Under the pieces are notes generated by a model that did not search any database, was not told the DNA's origin, and saw nothing but the letters and a program-made list of their open reading frames with translations. Both the position numbers and the translations under genes were made by a program. A stretch of DNA of 64,000 nucleotides, taken from contig JBOGEN010000069.1 in assembly GCA_050743265.1 (NCBI GenBank), forward strand, positions 1,987 to 65,986, in the 5' to 3' direction. Shown here piece by piece: positions 27,530 through 36,102 of this stretch; within the stretch, counting starts at the first letter, position 1, and each line of letters begins with the position of its first letter. Source of the DNA: Actinomycetes bacterium (lineage in GTDB: Bacteria > Actinomycetota > Actinomycetes > JBOGEN01).

Positions 27530-28396
27530 ATGTTCGTCGAGATCAACGACAACACGCTCGCGGTCGACGTTTTCGGGCCCGAGGGAGCGCCGGTCCTCAT
27601 CGCGCACCACGGGGCACCCGGCCTGGGGACGCGGGCCGAGCCGCGGGCCAGCTTCGGGGCGCTCGCCGACACGTACCGCGTCGTGGTCTTCGACGCCCGC
27701 GGCTCGGGCGAGAGCGAGGGCACGCCCCCCTTCACGCACGAGCAGTGGGCGGCGGACGTCGACGGCCTCCGCCGGTGGATCGGGGCCGAGCAGATCATCA
27801 TGGCCGGTGGGTCGTACGGCGGGTTCGTCGCGATGGAGTACGCGATCCGCTACCCGACGCGGGTGAGGGCGCTCGTGCTGCGCGACACGTCGGCCGACCA
27901 CGAGAACGAGAAGGCAGCCCGCAGGAACGCCGAGACCTCGACCCGGGTGACGATCGACCTGGAGCGGCTCGAGCGCATCAACACGGGGCAGGTCCGGGAC
28001 AACGACGACCTGCGGGACTGCTGGCGCGAGATCCTCCCGCTCTACGACCACGCGTACGACCCGGATGCCGTGGAGAGGAAGCTGGCCGCCACCACGTACC
28101 GGTACGAGACCCACAACTTCGCCTTCGCGGTCAACCAGCCGAGCTACGACATCAAGAGCCAGCTGCCCGGCATCCGCTGCCCGACGCTGGTCACGGTCGG
28201 GCGCGCTGACTGGATCACGCCGGTCGAGAGCAGCGAGACCATCGTGTCGCTGATCCCTGACGCTCGCCTCGTGGTGTTCGAGAAGTCCGGCCACTCACCG
28301 CAGGTCGAGGAGCGGGAGCTCTGGCTCGAGGTCGTCCGCGAGTTCCTCGACGGGGTCACGGCCGACGGGGCGACGGCGAACCAGGTACGGGCCTGA
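27530..28396 (+). CDS. Alpha/beta hydrolase (prolyl aminopeptidase S33-like)
   Basis: 'LIAHHGAPGLG' and nucleophile elbow 'GGSYGG'; C-terminal 'KSGHSPQVE'. Confidence 0.8.
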   Translation: MFVEINDNTLAVDVFGPEGAPVLIAHHGAPGLGTRAEPRASFGALADTYRVVVFDARGSGESEGTPPFTHEQWAADVDGLRRWIGAEQIIMAGGSYGGFVAMEYAIRYPTRVRALVLRDTSADHENEKAARRNAETSTRVTIDLERLERINTGQVRDNDDLRDCWREILPLYDHAYDPDAVERKLAATTYRYETHNFAFAVNQPSYDIKSQLPGIRCPTLVTVGRADWITPVESSETIVSLIPDARLVVFEKSGHSPQVEERELWLEVVREFLDGVTADGATANQVRA

Positions 28397-28399
28397 GTC

Positions 28400-29416
28400 A
28401 TGGGCCGGACCGACGCCAGGCTCGACGAGCTCGACCGGCGGATCGTGGCCGCGCTCCAGATGGACGGGCGGGCGAGCTGGACGGCGATCGCGGAGCAGGT
28501 CGGGACGTCCGTCCCGACCGTGGCTCGGCGCGCCCAGCAGCTCATGGCCGAGGACATCGTCCGCGTCGCCGTCGTCCCCGACATCAACCACGCCGGCCCG
28601 GCCGACCTCTTCATCCTCAGCATCACGTGCGACCCGGGCATGGCGAGTGAGGTGGCCGAGAAGCTCGGGGCACGCGAGGACATCCGCTTCCTCGCGCTCG
28701 TCACCGGAGGCGCCGACATCGTCGCCGAGCTGAACACGCGCAAGTCCGAGTCGCTGCAGGCGCGGCTCATCGACGAGGTGCAGGCGATCGACGGCGTACG
28801 GCGCTGCGAGACCGACCTCGTGTTCCACCAGTACAAGGTGGCGCACGACTGGAGCCGCCAGCTGCTCACCGGCGAGGACTACGTCGCGCCCACCGACGAC
28901 CCGCACCCGTGCGACCCGCGCCACTTCGACGAGACCGACCGGGCGATGCTCGCGCTGATGCAGGACGACGGCCGGGCCGGCTTCCGCTCCGTCGCGGAGC
29001 TCCTCGGCATCAACGAGAGCACCGTCCGGCGTCGGTTCGAGACGCTCCTCGCCCGGGGCTGCATCACGGTGGTCACCCTCGTCCCCGCCGCCGCCCTGGG
29101 CTTCGAGTCGGAGCTGCTGTTCGTCATCACCGTCGCACCGAATCGGCTGGACGCGGTCGCTCGCCGGCTCGTCACCTACCGCGGGGTCCGGTACGTGGCA
29201 GCCACGCTCGGCTCCAGCTCGCTGATGTGCGAGGTGATCCTGCCCACGACGCGCGACCTGTTCGGCTTCGTCACGACCGTGCTCGCCGAGCTGGACGGCG
29301 TCCAGGGCTGGACCGCCGGCATGGAGCTCATGACGTACAAGCGCGGGTTCGTCCGTACCGTGCCGGAACGCTGCGAGGACGAGCGCGCCCGTGAGGGCAC
29401 CACCAGCACCGGCTGA
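28400..29416 (+). CDS. Lrp/AsnC family transcriptional regulator with two tandem HTH+RAM modules
   Basis: Two copies of 'LD..DR.I...L..DGR.S...IAE..G.S..TV.RR' plus ligand-binding (RAM) domains. Confidence 0.85.
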   Translation: MGRTDARLDELDRRIVAALQMDGRASWTAIAEQVGTSVPTVARRAQQLMAEDIVRVAVVPDINHAGPADLFILSITCDPGMASEVAEKLGAREDIRFLALVTGGADIVAELNTRKSESLQARLIDEVQAIDGVRRCETDLVFHQYKVAHDWSRQLLTGEDYVAPTDDPHPCDPRHFDETDRAMLALMQDDGRAGFRSVAELLGINESTVRRRFETLLARGCITVVTLVPAAALGFESELLFVITVAPNRLDAVARRLVTYRGVRYVAATLGSSSLMCEVILPTTRDLFGFVTTVLAELDGVQGWTAGMELMTYKRGFVRTVPERCEDERAREGTTSTG

Positions 29417-29662
29417 CGGGGCTGACGGCTGCCTCTCCACGTGTGACGCTCGTGGACCGTGCCGACCTGCTGCTCGCCGTCATCCCTCCGTTCCTGGGCG
29501 CCCCTTCCCCGCGTCCGGCTGACACGCTGTCGTACCCGACTCGGCCTCGTCCGAAAATGGGACGATCATGGGCTGTCAGACCTCTGGCTGCCCGTGTACC
29601 CTCGACCCGTCGGCCCCAGACCCCGGTCGTCGCATGTTGTCGTTGCGTCGAAGTACGGAGTC

Positions 29663-29779
29663 ATGACCATGGCCGACCCTCCTGTGAGCAGCCCGGCAGC
29701 CCAGTGCTGCCTCCTTGCCACGCGCAGGGACGAGGCCGGTTCCCGGCACGACGCAGCGCATTCCCGAGAGCCCTGCTGA
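29663..29779 (+). CDS. Candidate 38-aa small ORF (MTMADPPVSSPAAQCCLLATRRDEAGSRHDAAHSREPC)
   Basis: GGAG is 3-5 nt upstream of the ATG; the stop lies 6 nt before a perfect 15-bp palindrome. Speculative. Confidence 0.2.
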   Translation: MTMADPPVSSPAAQCCLLATRRDEAGSRHDAAHSREPC

Positions 29780-29785
29780 GGCCGG

Positions 29786-29826
29786 GCGCGCGGGCGCGCC
29801 GCACAGGGGAAGGCGCGCCCGCGCGC
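29786..29826. terminator. Perfect 15-bp GC inverted repeat (gcgcgcgggcgcgcc-N11-ggcgcgcccgcgcgc); bidirectional terminator or regulatory hairpin
   Basis: Seen directly in the sequence; it lies ~100 nt downstream of the minus-strand phosphatase-family gene and ~370 nt downstream of the Lrp gene. Confidence 0.5.
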
Positions 29827-29929
29827 TCTGGCGTACGTCAGCCGTACCGAGGCGGAGCCTGGCTGCCGGCGAGGTCCTCGATCGATCGGAGCAGGCCACC
29901 CGACACAGCAAGCCCGAGCAGTCGCCGGG

Positions 29930-30559
29930 TCACCCCTGGCCGGACGCTCCGCTCCACCGCAGCCGCATGCCCGCACTGGTCAGACTGACGGACACGAGGG
30001 CGCCGGGCTCGACGTCGATGCTCCAGAACGACCCGGCGGGGCAGTCGAGCACGCGCACGACACACGCACGGGCAACCGCATGCGGGACGACCGCGACCAG
30101 CCGCCCGCCGTCGACGGCCAGGCCGTCCAGCCACGCGGCCACCCGGCCCAGGACCTGCGCCAGTGTCTCCCCTCCGTGCGGCGCCTCCCCCGTGGCTCGC
30201 CATCGCTCCACGGCGGACGGCTGCTCCTGCGCCACCTCGGCGAGGGTGCGTCCCGTCCAGTCGCCCATGTCCCAGTCCCGCAGCCCCGGCTCGACAGCAG
30301 GCGAGCCGAGGAAGGACGCCGTCTCGCGGCACCGGCGCTGGGGGGCGGAGACGAGGCTCGTGGTGCCCGGGCCGACCCGTTCGGAGACGCGCCGGGCCAG
30401 CTCTCGGCCGGCCTGGTCCAGCGGGTCGTCGCCACCCAGCACGCCGGCACGGGCACTCGGCACGAGGGCGGGAGTGACAAGCGTCAGTCGTCGGGTCACG
30501 CCATGCTGCTGTCGTCGTGCTGCCGTCGTCGTCGTGGTGCTGCCGTCGTCGTGGGACAT
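29930..30559 (-). CDS. Histidine phosphatase (phosphoglycerate mutase-like) superfamily protein with degenerate RHG motif
   Basis: The fold signature 'APHGGETLAQVL' and 'VVPHAVARACVV' is present, but the N-terminal catalytic motif reads 'LTLVTPALVP' instead of 'LVRHGET'. Confidence 0.55.
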   Translation of the reverse strand: MSHDDGSTTTTTAARRQQHGVTRRLTLVTPALVPSARAGVLGGDDPLDQAGRELARRVSERVGPGTTSLVSAPQRRCRETASFLGSPAVEPGLRDWDMGDWTGRTLAEVAQEQPSAVERWRATGEAPHGGETLAQVLGRVAAWLDGLAVDGGRLVAVVPHAVARACVVRVLDCPAGSFWSIDVEPGALVSVSLTSAGMRLRWSGASGQG

Positions 30560-30609
30560 CGCGCGTCCCCGGGGCGGCGGCATTGACACAGGTCGTCGCG
30601 AACCTTAGC

Positions 30610-30750
30610 GTCCACCCACGCCCGTCGGAGAGCGGAAGCCGGTGAGAGTCCGGTACGGTCGCGCCACTGTGACCGTCGCGGTGCGCAGCCGCGGCTGGGA
30701 GTCAGACCCCTCCTCGACGGACCACCGAGCGGGACGCGTCATCCCAAGGA
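30610..30750 (+). promoter_or_regulatory. Cobalamin (B12) riboswitch
   Basis: The conserved cores 'GGAAGCCGGTGAGAGTCCGG' (30634-30653) and 'GCGCCACTGTGACC' (B12-box region, ~30661-30674) lie in the 5' leader directly upstream of cbtB. The known riboswitch-cbtBA association supports the call. Confidence 0.7.
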
Positions 30751-30758
30751 GGTTCTCC

Positions 30759-30974
30759 ATGGCCCAGCAGCACGTTCTGCCGTCGCCTGCGCCGGCACCC
30801 ACACCGATCCCCGTGCGGGACGTCGCGCCCTGGGCGGCGCTCGTCACCCTTCTCGCACTCGCGGTGCTCTACTTCGTCTCCGCCGATGCCGGCGCGACGT
30901 CCGTGTTCTCCGGCGACTACGTGCACGAGTTCATGCACGACGGCCGCCACCTGCTCGGCTTCCCCTGCCACTGA
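30759..30974 (+). CDS. cbtB: Cobalt transporter subunit CbtB
   Basis: AAGGAGG RBS; a single transmembrane helix and the C-terminal His-rich motif 'HEFMHDGRHLLGFPCH'. Confidence 0.8.
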   Translation: MAQQHVLPSPAPAPTPIPVRDVAPWAALVTLLALAVLYFVSADAGATSVFSGDYVHEFMHDGRHLLGFPCH

Positions 30975-31735
30975 TGGCGGCGGGTTCCCCGGCCCGCGGC
31001 TTCCTCGTCCGCGGTCTGCTGGTCGGCGTCGCGGCCGGGCTCGCTGCCTTCGTCGTCGCGTACGTCCTGGGCGAGCCCGGCGTGAGGGATGCCATCGGCG
31101 TCGAGGAGGCTGCGGCACAAGCCGCCGGCGGGCATGCGCACGAGGAGGCGCTCGTCAGCCGGTCCGTGCAGAGCACACTGGGGCTGGGCACGGCCATGCT
31201 CGGCTTCGGAGCGTCCTTCGGGGGGCTGTTCGGGCTCGCCTTCGCGGTCGCGTACGGCCGGCTGGGCAGTCTCGGGGCCCGGGCCACCGCGGCGGTGCTC
31301 GCCGTGGTCGGGTTCGTCGCCATCAGCCTGGTGCCGTTCGTGAAGTACCCGGCGAACCCCCCGGCCGTCGGCGACCCCGAGACCATCGGGCGGCGCACCA
31401 GCCTCTACTTCCTCATGCTGGTGCTCTCCCTGCTGTTCGTCGCCGCTGCGACCTACCTCGCGCGGCGGCTCCCGCTCGGAACGTGGGACCGGGTGCTGGC
31501 CGGTGGCGGCGCGTACCTCGTGCTCGTCGTCGCGGGCATGGCCGTGATGCCACAGGTCAACGAGGTCGGCTCGGCGTTCCCGCCCACCGTGCTGTGGAGC
31601 TTCCGTGCCGGGTCGCTCGCGACCCTGCTCACGGTGTGGCTGGTGCTCGGCGTCCTCTACGGCCTGCTCACCGAGCGTGCCGAGGCACGGGGCAGGGCGC
31701 CGGCCGCTTACCGTACGGTCGCCACCCACCCGTAG
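30974..31735 (+). CDS. cbtA: Cobalt transporter subunit CbtA
   Basis: ATGA overlap with cbtB; a multi-transmembrane protein with a His-containing loop 'AAGGHAHEEAL'. Confidence 0.8.
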   Translation: MAAGSPARGFLVRGLLVGVAAGLAAFVVAYVLGEPGVRDAIGVEEAAAQAAGGHAHEEALVSRSVQSTLGLGTAMLGFGASFGGLFGLAFAVAYGRLGSLGARATAAVLAVVGFVAISLVPFVKYPANPPAVGDPETIGRRTSLYFLMLVLSLLFVAAATYLARRLPLGTWDRVLAGGGAYLVLVVAGMAVMPQVNEVGSAFPPTVLWSFRAGSLATLLTVWLVLGVLYGLLTERAEARGRAPAAYRTVATHP

Positions 31736-31874
31736 GGGACGCCCCGCCGGTCACCACCTGTCACCGCCTGTCGACGCCGTGCGAAACCTGTGACCAGTGG
31801 TTCGGAACGGGTCCGGGCGACCCCGCCGGAGCGTAGCCTCAGGCCAGGTCCACATCCTGAGACTGGGGGCTACA

Positions 31875-32564
31875 ATGCTCACCGCTCGCACGATGCGCTG
31901 GCTGGCTTGGACTGGCCCGGCCTTCGCTGTCCTCTTCGCCGTCGTCGTTTTCGCGCTGCAGGGCTCGACGCCCGGCGAGAAGGACTCGGCTGCGCAGGTG
32001 CTCGACTACTACAACTCCCACCAGGGCCGGACGCTCACGTCCGTGTTTCTCTCGCCCCTGGCCGCCACCCTGCTCGTCCTCTTCTTCAGCCATGTCCGGG
32101 CCGCGGCGCGCGAACGCGACGCCTCGGGCGGGGCAGGGCCCACGGTGATGTTCGGTGGCGCCGTCCTGTGGGCGTCGGGTCTGCTGTTCGGGTCGACGCT
32201 CGACCTCGCGCTCGTCAGCAGCTCGGACAACACCCAGCCCCTGGTGGCGAAGACGCTCAGCGTCCTCAGCACCTCCGTCTGGATCCCGTTCATCGCCGGC
32301 ATCGCGATCACGATGGTCGGAGCCGCCCTCGCCGTACTCAGCAGCCGGATTCTGCCGAGCTGGCTCGGCTGGGTCGCCCTGGTCGCCGGGGTCGCCTCGC
32401 TCATCGGGCCCGGTGGGTTCCTCGGCTTCTTCGTCGGCCCGTTGTGGATGCTCGTGGCCGGCGTGATGCTCGGCCTGCGGAGCACCGCGACCACGACCCC
32501 GACCCCGACCGCACAGGGGGAGCCCCCGCAGCCCCGGACCGCCCCGACGACTCAGCCTCAGTGA
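31875..32564 (+). CDS. Hypothetical integral membrane protein (about 6 transmembrane helices) with a Thr/Pro-rich C-terminal tail
   Basis: The start was chosen at 'MLTARTMRWLAWTGPAFAVLF' (GGGGGC then ATG); the upstream part of the ORF is R-rich. Confidence 0.55.
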   Translation: MLTARTMRWLAWTGPAFAVLFAVVVFALQGSTPGEKDSAAQVLDYYNSHQGRTLTSVFLSPLAATLLVLFFSHVRAAARERDASGGAGPTVMFGGAVLWASGLLFGSTLDLALVSSSDNTQPLVAKTLSVLSTSVWIPFIAGIAITMVGAALAVLSSRILPSWLGWVALVAGVASLIGPGGFLGFFVGPLWMLVAGVMLGLRSTATTTPTPTAQGEPPQPRTAPTTQPQ

Positions 32565-32571
32565 CTCAGCC

Positions 32572-33942
32572 TCAGTGACCTGCCGCTCCGGCCCCGCCGC
32601 GTAACCCGGCGGGGCCGACGGGCAGGAACCGGCCCTCCCTGGGCCCGAGCGGCGTGCCGCGCTCGGCGACGAGCGCGCCCCGCAGGTAGGTGCGCACGAC
32701 CTCGCCGACGACCTCGCGCCCGTGGAAGGGCGTCCAGCCGGCCTTGGAGAGCACGTCCTCGTCGCGGAGGGTGCGCCGGGCCGCCGGGTCGACGAGGACG
32801 AGGTCCGCGTCACTCCCCGGCGCCAGCCGGCCCTTGCGCGGCCACAGCCCGTACGTCCTCGCCGGCGTCTCGCTGTACACGCGGGCGACGTCCTCGTACG
32901 CGAGGTGCCCGCGTGCGGCGGCGTCCAGGAGCAGGGCCATCGTGCTGTCGAGGCCCGGCAGCCCGAAGTGCACGTTCCAGATGTCCCCGGCCCGCTTCTG
33001 CGCGAGCGTCGACGGCGCGTGGTCGGTCGCGATGTGGGTGAGGTGGCCCTCGCGCAGCAGTCGCCACATCTGGGCCTCGTCGTCGTCGGTACGCGCCCGC
33101 GCGGGCGGGGTGAACTTGCGCAGCGCGCCGTGCTCGTGCACGTCCGCCTCGCGGAGCAGGAAGTACTGCGGGCAGCTCTCGGCAGCGAGCTGAGCCCCCC
33201 TGGCCCGCTCCTGCGCGAGGTACGCGGCGACCTCGGGGTGGCTCACGTGCGCCACGGTCGCCCGGGCGCCTGTACGCCGCACGAGCAGGGCGGCGACCGC
33301 GGCAGCGACGACCTCGGCGTCCCGGTTCCGCCACTCGGGGACGATGCCTCCGTCGACGCGCTCCTCCGCACGCAGCAGGCGCTCCGCGGACGCGGTGAGC
33401 GACTCGTCCTCGCAGTGCATGAGCGTGACCGCACCCGTCATCGCCGCCGCCTCGAGGTGGGCCTTGAGTTCCGCGGGGTCGTGCCCGGGAACCCCGTGCG
33501 TCGTACAGGTGAAGAGCTTGAAGAAGGCGACCCCGGCCTCCCACAGCTCGGGTACGGCGTCGGCATGACCCGGCCAGGCATGGGCGGCCAGGCCGTAGTC
33601 GACGTGGGACCGGCCGTCCAGGTAGTCGCGCTTGGCCTGCAGGTCCGCGACCGTACGGACGGGCTGCCCGTGCGCGTGCTCGACGAGCGAGGTCACCCCG
33701 GCGGCGGCCGCCGCCCCCGTGCCGGTCGGGAAGTCCTCCCGCTCGGTGCTCCCCGGGTCCATGAGGTGGACGTGCGTGTCGACGCCTCCCGGGAGGACGA
33801 GCAGTCCCGAGGCGTCCACGGTCTCGTCCGCCGAGGGACGGTCGGAGCCGACGTAGGAGATGAGGCCATCGGACACGCCCACGTGGGCGCGTCGACGCCC
33901 CTGCGCGGTGACGACGGTACCGCCGGCGAGGAGAAGGTCCAC
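32572..33942 (-). CDS. Cyclic amidohydrolase (allantoinase/dihydropyrimidinase/hydantoinase family)
   Basis: Metal-binding motifs 'PGGVDTHVHL' and 'HATDHAP' are present. GTG start ('VDLLLAGGTVVT') 1 nt after the upstream cyclase stop; the first ~129 residues of the ORF are S/T/R-rich and spurious. Confidence 0.85.
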   Translation of the reverse strand: MDLLLAGGTVVTAQGRRRAHVGVSDGLISYVGSDRPSADETVDASGLLVLPGGVDTHVHLMDPGSTEREDFPTGTGAAAAAGVTSLVEHAHGQPVRTVADLQAKRDYLDGRSHVDYGLAAHAWPGHADAVPELWEAGVAFFKLFTCTTHGVPGHDPAELKAHLEAAAMTGAVTLMHCEDESLTASAERLLRAEERVDGGIVPEWRNRDAEVVAAAVAALLVRRTGARATVAHVSHPEVAAYLAQERARGAQLAAESCPQYFLLREADVHEHGALRKFTPPARARTDDDEAQMWRLLREGHLTHIATDHAPSTLAQKRAGDIWNVHFGLPGLDSTMALLLDAAARGHLAYEDVARVYSETPARTYGLWPRKGRLAPGSDADLVLVDPAARRTLRDEDVLSKAGWTPFHGREVVGEVVRTYLRGALVAERGTPLGPREGRFLPVGPAGLRGGAGAAGH

Positions 33943-33943
33943 G

Positions 33944-34627
33944 TCAGGCCGACGCGGTGTCTCCGGCGACGCCGAAGAAGCGCGCGGGCGCGCCCTCGCA
34001 GTCGCCGATCTTGTAGAAGGGGGCGTAGAACTCGAAGTGCTCCCGGCCCAGCCCTGCGACGTTCGTCGCCTGCTCGAGCAAAGGGATGCCGGCGCCGAGC
34101 AGGATCCGGTGGCAGACGAAGTCCTCGGAGGTGAAGTCCGGCAGCCGCGCGCAGTACTCCTCGAAGAAGTCGAACACCACCGCCTTGGGGTTCCGGGCGA
34201 CGAGCCACTCGGCCGCGTCCGGAGTGAGGTAGGGCGACTGGGTGTAGTAGCGCGGGAAGTCGCCCCAGGCCTCGTCCGACCACCCCGTGTGCAGCACAGC
34301 GATGTCACCCTCGCGGAGCCCGAGGTCACCCTTCTCGAGTACGCCGACGTCGACGGGTTGCTCGGGCTCCACGCTCGTGCAGTCGAGGACGGTGGCCGCC
34401 CCGATGACGCGGTCGAGCGGGATCTCGGCCGTCGTGCCGCCTCCGGCGTAGCAGTGCAGCGGGGCGTCGATGTGGCTCCCGGTGTGCAGGCTCTGCGTGA
34501 CGACGCTCACCTGCCAGAAGCCTGGGCCGCGGTGATGACGCTCGAGCTCGACCCGAAGGTCGGTCGAGGGCGGGCTCTTCGTCTCGACGTCGACGGGTAC
34601 GGACATGTCCACGATCCGGTTGCTCAT
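33944..34627 (-). CDS. Cyclase family protein (kynurenine formamidase-like)
   Basis: 'HTGSHIDAPLH' and 'VLHTGWSD' are conserved cyclase motifs. Confidence 0.85.
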   Translation of the reverse strand: MSNRIVDMSVPVDVETKSPPSTDLRVELERHHRGPGFWQVSVVTQSLHTGSHIDAPLHCYAGGGTTAEIPLDRVIGAATVLDCTSVEPEQPVDVGVLEKGDLGLREGDIAVLHTGWSDEAWGDFPRYYTQSPYLTPDAAEWLVARNPKAVVFDFFEEYCARLPDFTSEDFVCHRILLGAGIPLLEQATNVAGLGREHFEFYAPFYKIGDCEGAPARFFGVAGDTASA

Positions 34628-35335
34628 TCACACTCCCAGGTGGTGCCGCTTCGCGTCGGGGTCGGCTTCGAGGTCAGAGGGGGTGCCGTCCCAGTCGATC
34701 CGCCCGTCCTCCCCGAGGACGACGACGCGGTCGGCGAGACGCAGCGCGAGCCCCAGGTTCTGCTCGACGAGGAGCACGGTCAGGTCGCCGCCCTTGAGCA
34801 GATCCAGCCGGTCCCGGATCTGGCCCAGGACGCGGGGGGCCAGGCCCTCGGAGGGCTCGTCCATGAGCAGCAGCGTGGGGTTCGTCATGAGGGCGCGTCC
34901 CAGCGCGAGCATCTGCTGCTCGCCCCCCGAGAGGTGCCGGGCCCTGCTGGTACGACGTTCGGCGAGACGAGGGAACAGGTCGTACACCTCGGCGAGCCCC
35001 CAGCCGCTGCCGTTCGTCGACGGCCGCGCGGTCGTGGTGAGGTTCTCCTCGACGGTCAGGCTGCCGAACACGCGGCGCCCCTGCGGCACCAGGCCGACGC
35101 CACTCCTCGCGATCCGGTGGCTGGGCATCCCGCACAGCTCCTGCCCGTGCCACGTGATGCTGCCCCGGCGTACGTCCGGGGGTGACGTGCCCGCGATCGA
35201 GCGGACGAGGGTCGTCTTCCCCATGCCGTTGCGGCCGAGCAGCACCACGAACTCACCCGTCTGCACGGTGAGGTCGACCCCGCGCAGCACGTGCGCGGTG
35301 TCGTAGTAGCTGTGGACGCCGGAGACGGTGAGCAT
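34628..35335 (-). CDS. livF: Branched-chain amino acid-type ABC transporter ATP-binding protein (LivF-like)
   Basis: 'GRNGMGKTTL' and 'LSGGEQQMLALGRAL'; ATGA overlap with livG. Confidence 0.9.
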   Translation of the reverse strand: MLTVSGVHSYYDTAHVLRGVDLTVQTGEFVVLLGRNGMGKTTLVRSIAGTSPPDVRRGSITWHGQELCGMPSHRIARSGVGLVPQGRRVFGSLTVEENLTTTARPSTNGSGWGLAEVYDLFPRLAERRTSRARHLSGGEQQMLALGRALMTNPTLLLMDEPSEGLAPRVLGQIRDRLDLLKGGDLTVLLVEQNLGLALRLADRVVVLGEDGRIDWDGTPSDLEADPDAKRHHLGV

Positions 35336-36090
35336 CAGTCCGTCCTCAGGTAGACGGACTGGACGGCCTCGTCGGCACGGATCTCGTCGGGGGTGCCCTG
35401 GGCGATCATCGTGCCGTCGTCCAGGCACACGACGCGCTCGGTGAGGTCGAGCGCGAGGTTCATGTCGTGCTCGATGAGCACGAGCGTGAGATCGTCCGGG
35501 AGCCGCTCCACCAGGGTCCGCATGGTCTTGCGCTCGGAGCTGGCGAGCCCGGCGGCCGGCTCGTCGAGGAGGAGCAGCCGGGGGCGTCCCGCCAGCGCGA
35601 GCGCGAGCTCGAGCTGCCGCTGCTCCCCGTGCGAGAGCTGCCGGACCTCGTCGTACCGGCGCCTGACCAGGCCCACCTGGTCGAGCGCGTCACCGACCCG
35701 CTCGCCGACGTCGCCCCGCATCCGCAGGAGGGACCACGAGCGGAAGCGCGCCCCGGTGCAGCCGTACGCCGCGACGGCGACGTTCTCCTCCACCGTGAGC
35801 CGCGGGAACAGCGTGGTCACCTGGTACGTCCTACCGATCCCGCGCCGGGCCCGCCGGTACGACGGGGCACGCGTCACGTCTCCGCCGAACAGGCTGACCC
35901 GTCCGGACGTGGGGTAGACCTCGCCCGAGATGGCGCGGAACAGCGTCGTCTTGCCCGCACCGTTGGGGCCGATCACGGCCCAGCGCTCGCCACGGCCGAC
36001 GGACAGGCTGACGTGGTCCACGGCGTAGATGCCGCCGAAGTGGACGCAGACGTCCTCCAGCCGCAACGCCGCCGTGGCCCCGTCTCCCAT
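35335..36090 (-). CDS. livG: Branched-chain amino acid-type ABC transporter ATP-binding protein (LivG-like)
   Basis: 'GPNGAGKTTLF' and 'LSHGEQRQLELALAL'. Confidence 0.9.
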   Translation of the reverse strand: MGDGATAALRLEDVCVHFGGIYAVDHVSLSVGRGERWAVIGPNGAGKTTLFRAISGEVYPTSGRVSLFGGDVTRAPSYRRARRGIGRTYQVTTLFPRLTVEENVAVAAYGCTGARFRSWSLLRMRGDVGERVGDALDQVGLVRRRYDEVRQLSHGEQRQLELALALAGRPRLLLLDEPAAGLASSERKTMRTLVERLPDDLTLVLIEHDMNLALDLTERVVCLDDGTMIAQGTPDEIRADEAVQSVYLRTD

Positions 36091-36102
36091 CGTCTCGTCC
36101 CC

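Noticed and set aside
30642-30974. 110-aa ORF starting at 30642 taken as the cbtB CDS
   Set aside because: Its first 39 codons translate the riboswitch aptamer (MRVRYGRATVTVAVRSRGWESDPSSTDHRAGRVIPRRFS). The real cbtB starts at the ATG at 30759, which has an AAGGAGG RBS.
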